From Acidobacteriota bacterium (lineage in GTDB: Bacteria; Acidobacteriota; Thermoanaerobaculia; UBA5066): a stretch of DNA of 41,610 bases. The position numbers were made by a program, and so were the translations under genes. This document shows, in pieces, positions 18,005-25,254 of this stretch; positions within the stretch are counted from its first letter, which is position 1; each line of letters starts with the position of its first letter. The stretch lies in contig JBDTTJ010000003.1 in the NCBI GenBank assembly GCA_039930645.1, positions 1 to 41,610 of the forward strand. Reading direction: 5' to 3'. Under the pieces are notes generated by a model that was not told the DNA's origin, made no database searches, and saw nothing but the letters and a program-made list of their open reading frames with translations.

Positions 18005-19132
18005 GTGGCCGTCGCCCTCGGAAGGAGACCCGTCTTCATCTTCGGCGTGTGGACGGCCGCGGGCGTCTTCTTCGCGAGCCAGCTCTACTTCCTTTACCCG
18101 ATCACGTCCGGCGGCCGGGAGATCTCCTTCGGCCGCGCGCTCCTCATCAACGTGCCCTTTTACTGGCTCTGGGCGCTCCTGACGCCCGCGATCCTCGGTC
18201 TCGCGCGGCGCTTTCCGCTGGAGCGCTCGCGCTGGAAGAGGAGCCTCGCGGTGCACGCGGGGGCCAGCGTCGCCCTCTCGGCGATCCAGCTCCTCGTCGC
18301 GGGAGCGCTCCTTTACGCGGTGGTCCACTCGGGTGGCCCGAGCACGCTCTCGTGGGCGCTCGGCAGCTTCTTCCGCCTGAACTTCCACGCGAACGTTCTG
18401 ACCTACGCGGCCCTCGTCGCGCTCGCGTGGGCCGCCGAGACGTACGCGAAGTACCGCGACCGCGAGCTCGCGGCGTCGCGGCTCCAGACGCAGCTCGTGA
18501 GCGCTGAGCTCGGCGCGCTGAAGATGCAGCTCCAGCCGCACTTCCTTTTCAACACGCTCAACGCGATCGCGGCGCTCCTGAAGCGGAAGCCCGACGCGGC
18601 CGAGAGCATGGTTCTGCAGCTGGCCGAGTTCCTGCGGCTCACGCTCCGCAACACGGGGCGGGCGGAAGTGACGCTCCGCGAGGAGCTGGACTTCCTCGAG
18701 CGGTACCTCGCCATCGAGAAGACTCGCTTCGGGGAGCGCCTCTCGACGCGCTTTCGCATCCGCTCGGACGTCCTCGACGCGCGCGTGCCGAACCTCCTCC
18801 TTCAGCCCCTCGTCGAGAACGCGATCCGCCACGGAATCGCCCGCGACGCGAACGCAGGGCGGCTCGAGGTGAGCGCGACGCGCGAGGGCGGCCGCCTTCT
18901 CCTGCGCGTGGCGGACGATGGGCCCGGACTCGGGCCCGCGCCGGTCATCGAGGGGATCGGCCTCACGAACACGCGCGAGCGCCTCCGCCACCTTTTCGGC
19001 GAGGACTTCTCGCTGTCCTACGCGAACGCCCCGGGGGGAGGGTTCGCGATCGCGCTCGCCTTCCCGCTCGTCGCCGACCTTCCGGCCGCGGACGGCGACG
19101 CCGGCGAGACGCCCACCGCGTACGACGTCTAG
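18005..19132 (+). CDS. LytS/YehU-type sensor histidine kinase
   Basis: N-terminal multi-TM sensor; H-box LKMQLQPHFLFNTLNAI; EELDFLERYLAIEKTRF; LQPLVENAIRHG; VADDGPG; GIGLTNTRERL. Confidence 0.94.
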   Translation: MAVALGRRPVFIFGVWTAAGVFFASQLYFLYPITSGGREISFGRALLINVPFYWLWALLTPAILGLARRFPLERSRWKRSLAVHAGASVALSAIQLLVAGALLYAVVHSGGPSTLSWALGSFFRLNFHANVLTYAALVALAWAAETYAKYRDRELAASRLQTQLVSAELGALKMQLQPHFLFNTLNAIAALLKRKPDAAESMVLQLAEFLRLTLRNTGRAEVTLREELDFLERYLAIEKTRFGERLSTRFRIRSDVLDARVPNLLLQPLVENAIRHGIARDANAGRLEVSATREGGRLLLRVADDGPGLGPAPVIEGIGLTNTRERLRHLFGEDFSLSYANAPGGGFAIALAFPLVADLPAADGDAGETPTAYDV

Positions 19133-19137
19133 CGCGT

Positions 19138-19222
19138 TCCTCCCGCGCCCGCCCGCGGCCGTCCCGCGACGCGCCGCCGCGGTCCCCGAGGGCGCGACGC
19201 GGACGCGATCGCGACCGAGATT
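19138..19222 (+). promoter_or_regulatory. LytTR-type triple direct repeat plus -10 (site 3, upstream of the JAB-LytTR pair)
   Basis: tcCTCCC (19140), ccGTCCC (19161), cgGTCCC (19182): exact 21-bp period. GAGATT at 19217-19222, 35 bp after the last box and 8 nt before ATG 19231. Confidence 0.68.
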
Positions 19223-19230
19223 CAGGGGCG

Positions 19231-19845
19231 ATGACACGCCCCCGCAGCGCCTCGTGCCTCGCCGTTGCCGCGATCGCCGGGTGGAGCGCGCTCTCGACCG
19301 CCGCGCCGGGCGTCACGGGCGAGCCGGGTCTCGGCGCCGTCGGGCGCCGCGTCGCACCCGCGGATGCCCAACGTCTCCTCGAGGCGGAACTGCGCGACGA
19401 AGCGTTCCGGCTCTGGGAGGCGGGCGGATTCGGCGCGGACCGGACGGAACGCGCCGCGTGGGTCCTGCGGGCCCCGTCCGGCGTGGCGTGGCGGGTCTGG
19501 CCCTGGGACCGGCGGTACGAGCAGACGCGTTGGCTCGGTCCGACGCCCGCGGGCGCGTTCGCGATCGTCCACACGCACCCGGCCGTCGTCGACCCCCGGC
19601 CGTCTCCCGCAGACCGCGAGATCGCGGCACGCCTCCGGATCGCGGTCTATACGGTTTCCCGCAGCGGAATCTGGAGGACCGGACCGGACGGGGTGCTGAG
19701 CCGGATCCGGGACGAACGCTGGTGGGCCGGGTGCCGCAAGGGCCAGCCTTGTGGCGAGAGAGCCTCGGACGCAATCCCGGTCGCGATCGCCGGAAATCGT
19801 GAAGGCGCCGAAACCACGGCGGCCGCCTTGCGTATCACGGAGTGA
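19231..19845 (+). CDS. Exported protein with JAB/MPN (JAMM)-like metalloprotease motif
   Basis: Signal-like MTRPRSASCLAVAAIAGWSALSTAA; upstream Glu (TERAAWV) and IVHTHPAVVDPRPSPAD match E..HxH..SxxD; TGA overlaps the LytTR ATG (TGATG). Confidence 0.72.
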   Translation: MTRPRSASCLAVAAIAGWSALSTAAPGVTGEPGLGAVGRRVAPADAQRLLEAELRDEAFRLWEAGGFGADRTERAAWVLRAPSGVAWRVWPWDRRYEQTRWLGPTPAGAFAIVHTHPAVVDPRPSPADREIAARLRIAVYTVSRSGIWRTGPDGVLSRIRDERWWAGCRKGQPCGERASDAIPVAIAGNREGAETTAAALRITE

Positions 19846-20624
19846 TGCGCCCACACGTCCGCACGCTCATCGTGGACGACGAGCCTCTCGCGCGCGAGCG
19901 GCTGCGTACGCTCCTCGCCGAGGAGCCTGGCGTCGAAGTCGTCGGGGAGTGCGGCGACGGCTGCCAGGCCGTCGTCGCCATCGAAGAGCTCAAACCGGAC
20001 CTCGTGTTCCTGGACGTCGAAGTGCCGAACCTCGACGGGTTCCGGATCCTCGAGAGCGTCGGGGCAGACCGCATTCCCGCGATCGTGTTCGTGACGGCGT
20101 ACGACCATTACGCGCCTCGGGCGTTCGACGTGCGCGCCGTCGACTACATTCTGAAGCCGTTTGGCCGCGAGCGGCTCCAGAAGGCCCTCGAGCACGCGCG
20201 CGCTCAGATTACGCGCGGGAAGTCGACGGACATCTCCGGGCAGCTCGTGGCCCTTCTCGAGGGAATCCGCCCCCAGAAGAGCTATCTCAAGCGGATCATG
20301 ATCAAGTCGGGCGGGCGCCTGTATTTCCTGCGCACGGCCGAGATCGACTGGGTCGAGGCGGCGGGCAATTACCTTCGGCTCCACGCCGGCGCCGAGTCCC
20401 ACCTCTTGCGCGAGACGATGAACGGACTCGAGGCGAAACTGGACCCGGACCGCTTCATCCGGATCCACCGCTCGACGATGGTGAACATCGAGCGGATCAA
20501 GGAGCTCCAGCCCTGGTTCCACGGCGATTATGTCGTGATCCTCCGGGACGACCGCCAGCTCACCATGAGCGCGACGTACCGCGAAAAGCTCGACGAGCTG
20601 CGCGGCCGTGCGCTGCCTGCGTGA
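19845..20624 (+). CDS. LytTR-family response regulator (REC plus LytTR)
   Basis: IVDDEPLARERL, FLDVEVP, FVTAYD, VDYILKPF; LytTR domain IDWVEAAGNY..LRETMNGLEAKLDPDRFIRIHRSTMVN. Confidence 0.96.
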   Translation: MRPHVRTLIVDDEPLARERLRTLLAEEPGVEVVGECGDGCQAVVAIEELKPDLVFLDVEVPNLDGFRILESVGADRIPAIVFVTAYDHYAPRAFDVRAVDYILKPFGRERLQKALEHARAQITRGKSTDISGQLVALLEGIRPQKSYLKRIMIKSGGRLYFLRTAEIDWVEAAGNYLRLHAGAESHLLRETMNGLEAKLDPDRFIRIHRSTMVNIERIKELQPWFHGDYVVILRDDRQLTMSATYREKLDELRGRALPA

Positions 20625-20674
20625 CCCGCGGCGAGAGGACGGCGCCCGCGCCAAAGTCTTGAATGGGGGGGCGG

Positions 20675-20759
20675 CGGTCCCGGCCTCGCGCGACATCGCC
20701 CCCGCGGCGCTCGCGCCCGTCCCAAACCAGGTGTGGGGGAACCGGCGCGGACGCACGCT
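20675..20759 (+). promoter_or_regulatory. LytTR-type triple direct repeat plus -10 (site 4, upstream of TBDR2)
   Basis: cgGTCCC (G at 20677), tcGCCCC (20698), ccGTCCC (20719): exact 21-bp period. CACGCT at 20754-20759, 35 bp after the last box. Confidence 0.68.
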
Positions 20760-20802
20760 GCCCCGCAGGATCCGGCCTTTCGCCGGTCCGCGGGAGGAGT
20801 CC

Positions 20803-23800
20803 ATGCGTCATCGAGGTCGCATCGTGTTGTTTCTTTTTCTCACGGCGCTCGTTCCCGGCCCCGCGTTTGCGCAGACGACGGGCGACCTGGACGGGACCGT
20901 CGCAGACCAGAACGGCGGGCCGTTGCCCGGCGTGTCCGTCGAGCTGAAGTCGCCGAGCCTCCAGGGGTCCCGCGCGGCGGTCACGGACGGGGCCGGCCGC
21001 TACCGCTTTCCGGCGCTCGCTCCCGGTGTTTACGCGGTGACCGCGAAGCTCGCGGGCTTCTCGTCTGCCGAGCGGACGGGCTTGAGGGTCTCGCTCGGGG
21101 TCACGACGACGGCGGCCCTGCAGCTCGTCGTCTCCGTGAAGGAGAGCCTCGTCGTCACGGCCGAGGCGCCCGCGATCGACACGACGCGGACGACGATCGG
21201 GACGAACGCGACGCTCGAGACGATGCAGCGCCTGCCGATCGGGCGGAACTTCGTCTCGATCGCGAACACGGTCTCGGGGACGGGCACGGACGTCACGGGC
21301 AACATCACGATCTACGGCGCGACGGGTCTCGAGAACGCGTACATCATCGACGGCGTCAATACGACGGGCGTCAAGACGGGCACGCAGGCCAAGTCGCTCA
21401 ACAACGAATTCGTCCAGGAAGTCGAGGTCAAGACCGGAGGCTACGAGGCCGAGTACGGCCGTGTGCTCGGCGGCACGATCAACGTCGTCACGAAGTCCGG
21501 CGGCAACGAGTTCCACGGCGACGCATTCGGCTACTACGACGGGTCGTCCCTCGCGGCGAGCGACGCGCGCACCGCGGATCGCTCGGCCGTGAACCAGGGC
21601 CAGTTCTACAGCCCGAAGCGGGTCGACTTCGGTGCGGACCTCGGCGGGTACTTCGTGAAGGACCGCCTCTGGTTCTTCGGCGCCTACGACCGCGTGAACC
21701 AGGACCAGGACTACACGCGCACGCTCGCCCAGATCCGGACCGGGGCCGGCGGCACGACGCAGACCGGCGACACCGACACGTCCCGGAACAACCTGTTCTC
21801 CGGCAAGCTCACGTTCCGCCTCGGCGAGTCGAACACGGTCACGGCCTCGGTCTTCGGCGACCCGGGCACGTTCCACGGCCGGTACGACCTCACGCAGATC
21901 CCGGTCATGATCGGCGACAGCGGCGCCTGGATCGTGGACCGCGAGCTCGGCGGCACGGACGGGTCCCTCAAGTACGACGGGATCTTCGGGGCCGGGTTCC
22001 TCATCCAGGGCCAGTTCGGCTATCACACGGAGAAGCGCAGCGACACGAGCCCGGTCGCGAACCAGCCCTTCCGCGAGGTCCAGCAGGCCGGCTTCTCGAA
22101 CGAGGCGCTGCCGGGCTCGGGGCCCATCTACCTCGTCGACGAGAAGTACCAGCGCTCCGTCTACAAGCTCGCGGGCTCGATCTTCACGGGCGGTCACGAG
22201 ATCAAGGCCGGGATCGACTGGGAGCACCTGAACTCGGACTTCAACGAGTCCTATGGCGGGACCGACCGCATCCGGACGCGTCTCGCGACCGACGGCACTC
22301 TGCGCAACTACCAGCATCGTTACTTCGCCAAGACGCCCCTCAACGGCGCGAACTGCGTCGGGAAGATCGATCCGAACGGCCCGGCGGCGTTCCCGAACTG
22401 CACGGGCTACTCGATCGCGGCGACGGTCGACAACAACCCGATCACGGACAACGCGGCCCTTTTCGTCCAGGACTCGTTCCGGGTCACGAAGAACCTCACG
22501 ATCAACGCGGGCCTCCGCTACGAGCAGCAGGCCCTCAAGGACTACACCGGCGCGACGCTCATCAAGGTCACGGACGAGTGGGCTCCGCGCCTCGGCGTCG
22601 TCTGGGACTTCATGAACAACGGCAAGTCGAAGCTGTACGGCAACGTCGGCCGCTTCTACGAGGTCATCCCGCAGGACATCCAGACGCGCGCGCTCGGCAA
22701 CGAGTTCACGATCATCACGCGCAACTCGAGCGCGAACCCGAACCCGGTCGACCTCTTCCTCGGCGGGCCCGTCGTCCAGGGCGGCGAGCTCACACAGAAC
22801 GGCCTCAAGGGCATGTACCAGGACGAGGCGATCCTCGGCTTCGAGTACGAGATCGCGAAGAACTGGGCGGTCGGCGCCAAGGGCATCTATCGCTCGCTCG
22901 GGCGCGTGATCGAGGACCGGTGCGACCTCGCGATCAACCCCGACCTCGCCTCCTACTTCAATCCGGCGAGCCCCGCGACGTGCGCCCTCATCAACCCCGG
23001 CCAGGGCGACGCGCTCGGGAGCATCAAGGACCCGTCTGACACGCATTGCTATCCGAACGGGTCGACGGACGCGGCCGGCAACCTCGTCCCGAGCTCTCCT
23101 TGCGACTCGACGCAGCCGCGGCGCTACTTCCGCGGCGTCGAGGTCACGGCCTCTCACCGCTTCTCGGACCGCTTCTACGTCCTCGCGAGCTATCTGTATT
23201 CGAAGCTCGAGGGCAACTACTCCGGCAACCTCTCGCAGACGCGCGAGGGCGGCCAGGCCGACCCGAACATCAACGCGGACTTCGACTACCCCGGCCTCGT
23301 CGTGAACGCGTCGGGCCGGCTCCGGAACGACCGCACGCACCAGGTGAAAATGTCGGGCTACTACGCGTTCTCGTTCGGCCTCACGGTCGGGGCGAACGCG
23401 AACTTCGCGACGGGACGCCCGTACTCGATCCGCGGCTGCGCGGCGGACGTCACGGCGTGCGCCGCGGGCTACAACCAGGAGGGCTACCTCGTGCCGCGGG
23501 GCTCCGCGGGCGACCTCCCGTCCACGTTCGAGGCGGACCTGCACCTCGAGTACGGCTTTCGCCTCGGAGGACTCACGGTCACGCCGCTCCTGGACGTCTT
23601 CAACATCGTGAACCGGCAGGGCGTCACGAGCCGGGAGGAGCTCTTCAACAACACGAGCGGCCTCGCCGGCAACGACGCGCGCAGCGGCATCGGACAGGCG
23701 GGGTGCACCGCGCAAAACGCGAGCCTCTCGAACGCGGCGTGCGCCTCGAACCCGACGTACGGCAAGGACATCAACTGGCAGTCGCCGAGGGTCGTGCGCG

Positions 23801-23823
23801 TGGGCGCGCGCCTCTCGTTCTGA
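20803..23823 (+). CDS. TonB-dependent receptor with N-terminal carboxypeptidase-regulatory-like domain
   Basis: GGAGGAG RBS before ATG 20803; signal MRHRGRIVLFLFLTALVPGPAFAQ; GGYEAEYGRVLGGTINVVTKSGGNEFHG; FVQDSFRVTKNLTINAGLRYE; C-terminal PRVVRVGARLSF. Confidence 0.94.
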   Translation: MRHRGRIVLFLFLTALVPGPAFAQTTGDLDGTVADQNGGPLPGVSVELKSPSLQGSRAAVTDGAGRYRFPALAPGVYAVTAKLAGFSSAERTGLRVSLGVTTTAALQLVVSVKESLVVTAEAPAIDTTRTTIGTNATLETMQRLPIGRNFVSIANTVSGTGTDVTGNITIYGATGLENAYIIDGVNTTGVKTGTQAKSLNNEFVQEVEVKTGGYEAEYGRVLGGTINVVTKSGGNEFHGDAFGYYDGSSLAASDARTADRSAVNQGQFYSPKRVDFGADLGGYFVKDRLWFFGAYDRVNQDQDYTRTLAQIRTGAGGTTQTGDTDTSRNNLFSGKLTFRLGESNTVTASVFGDPGTFHGRYDLTQIPVMIGDSGAWIVDRELGGTDGSLKYDGIFGAGFLIQGQFGYHTEKRSDTSPVANQPFREVQQAGFSNEALPGSGPIYLVDEKYQRSVYKLAGSIFTGGHEIKAGIDWEHLNSDFNESYGGTDRIRTRLATDGTLRNYQHRYFAKTPLNGANCVGKIDPNGPAAFPNCTGYSIAATVDNNPITDNAALFVQDSFRVTKNLTINAGLRYEQQALKDYTGATLIKVTDEWAPRLGVVWDFMNNGKSKLYGNVGRFYEVIPQDIQTRALGNEFTIITRNSSANPNPVDLFLGGPVVQGGELTQNGLKGMYQDEAILGFEYEIAKNWAVGAKGIYRSLGRVIEDRCDLAINPDLASYFNPASPATCALINPGQGDALGSIKDPSDTHCYPNGSTDAAGNLVPSSPCDSTQPRRYFRGVEVTASHRFSDRFYVLASYLYSKLEGNYSGNLSQTREGGQADPNINADFDYPGLVVNASGRLRNDRTHQVKMSGYYAFSFGLTVGANANFATGRPYSIRGCAADVTACAAGYNQEGYLVPRGSAGDLPSTFEADLHLEYGFRLGGLTVTPLLDVFNIVNRQGVTSREELFNNTSGLAGNDARSGIGQAGCTAQNASLSNAACASNPTYGKDINWQSPRVVRVGARLSF

Positions 23824-23847
23824 ACCGGCCCACGACCTCCTGAACCA

Positions 23848-23880
23848 CGGGGCCGGCCCGGGGGGCCGGTCCCGCTTTTT
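23848..23880 (+). terminator. Rho-independent terminator after TBDR2
   Basis: GC stem CGGGGCCGGCCC / GGGCCGGTCCCG followed by CTTTTT. Confidence 0.75.
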
Positions 23881-23909
23881 CATTTCTCCGCCGTCGCCGA
23901 GAATGCCGC

Positions 23910-25244
23910 ATGACGTTTGCCGCGCTCGCGCTCGTCCTCGCGTCGACGAAGCTCCTTCCGCCCACTCCTGCGACGCCGTTCGCGCCGGGCCAGATCCTCC
24001 GCGTTCCCTCCGCCGCGATGGGCGGCGTGCGAGAGGTCGTCGTCCGCGTGCCGGAACCCCGCCCCGGCGGTCCCACCCGCTTTCCGGTCGTTTACGTCCT
24101 GGACGCAGGAGAGGGGTTCCTGCCGGCGGCGGCGGCGGCGGGCTTTCTCGCGGCGCACCTGTCGATGCCGAACGCGATCGTCGTCGGAATCCGGCACGCG
24201 GACCGCGGCTACGAGCTCACGCCGGCGCCGGCCGTTTCCGGCCCCGTGCCCGGCGTGCCGCGTCCGGGAGGCGCGGACGCGCTCCTCGCGCATCTCGCGG
24301 AGGAGGTCATTCCCCTCGTCGAGAGCCGCTATCCCGTGCAGCCCTACCGGGTCCTCGTCGGGCACTCGCTCGGAGGCCTCTTCGCGGTCCACGCGCTCGT
24401 GTCGCGGCCGGCCCTCTTTCAGGGATACGTTCTTCTCGACCCCGCCCTCTGGTGGGACGGAGGCGCCGTCGCGCGCCGGCTCGAGGCCTTCTTCCGCGGC
24501 CACCCCGACGCGCGCGCGCGGCTCGTCCTCGTGGAGAGCCCGGGCGGCGACGGCGGCCCGGCGGATCCAAGGCTCCCCGGCGTGCGCTTCCGGCGCGTCG
24601 TCGTGGAGGGCGAGAGCCACGAGACGCTCGCCTACCGCGGGATCTACGAGGGTCTGCGCGCGCTCTTCTCCGATTACCCGCCGGCTTACCGGCGCGATGC
24701 GGAGGCGGCGACGGCCGCCGCTCTCGAGGCGCAGTACGCCGCGCTCTCGCGGGAGCTCGGGTTCGCGATCGCCGTGCCGGCGGCGGCGCGCGCCGAGGTC
24801 GAGGAGCGGATCGCGGCGCGCGCGGCGCGGGCGGCCACGGCCACGGCCTCGGCCGCACCGGCCGTTCCCCCGATCGCAGCGGCGGCGGCCGCGCCGTTCG
24901 TCGGGACGTGGACGGGCACGCTTCGCACCGAGCCCGGGCGTCCGGTCCGGGAAACCCTGACGTTCACCTTCACGGACGGCCGCCTGTCGGGGTCTTGCGT
25001 CGCACACGGGGTCGCAATGGACGGGGGCGACTTCCGGTTCGGCCTTTCCGCGGTGAGGGTCACGGCCGACGGAATCGAATGGGAGCGCGAGAACCGCGGC
25101 GGCGGAGTCTGCGCTTCTCGCGGGCGCCTGAGTCCGGACGGCGTCCTGGCGGGCACCGAGGAGCTGCGCGGCGGCCCGGCGCCTCCGCCCGGCTTCGTGC
25201 TGCCGGTCGTCACGTTCTCCTTCACGCGCGTTTCCGCGCCCTGA
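23910..25244 (+). CDS. IroE/Fes-like alpha/beta esterase with Ala-rich linker and C-terminal beta domain
   Basis: RFPVVYVLDAG, NAIVVGI, GGADALLAHLAEEVIPLVESRY, LVGHSLGGLF nucleophile elbow, PALWWD, EGESHET; tail begins FVGTWTGTL. Confidence 0.85.
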   Translation: MTFAALALVLASTKLLPPTPATPFAPGQILRVPSAAMGGVREVVVRVPEPRPGGPTRFPVVYVLDAGEGFLPAAAAAGFLAAHLSMPNAIVVGIRHADRGYELTPAPAVSGPVPGVPRPGGADALLAHLAEEVIPLVESRYPVQPYRVLVGHSLGGLFAVHALVSRPALFQGYVLLDPALWWDGGAVARRLEAFFRGHPDARARLVLVESPGGDGGPADPRLPGVRFRRVVVEGESHETLAYRGIYEGLRALFSDYPPAYRRDAEAATAAALEAQYAALSRELGFAIAVPAAARAEVEERIAARAARAATATASAAPAVPPIAAAAAAPFVGTWTGTLRTEPGRPVRETLTFTFTDGRLSGSCVAHGVAMDGGDFRFGLSAVRVTADGIEWERENRGGGVCASRGRLSPDGVLAGTEELRGGPAPPPGFVLPVVTFSFTRVSAP

Positions 25245-25254
25245 ATCGACCGCG

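Noticed and set aside
19231-19845. JAB gene as part of a CBASS or ubiquitin-like antiphage system
   Set aside because: No cyclase, E1/E2 or ubiquitin-like gene nearby, and the protein appears to be exported.
14690-20759. Treating the 21-bp-period repeats as CRISPR or tandem repeats
   Set aside because: Units are 7-12 bp with three copies each and no cas genes; position and phasing fit transcription-factor sites.
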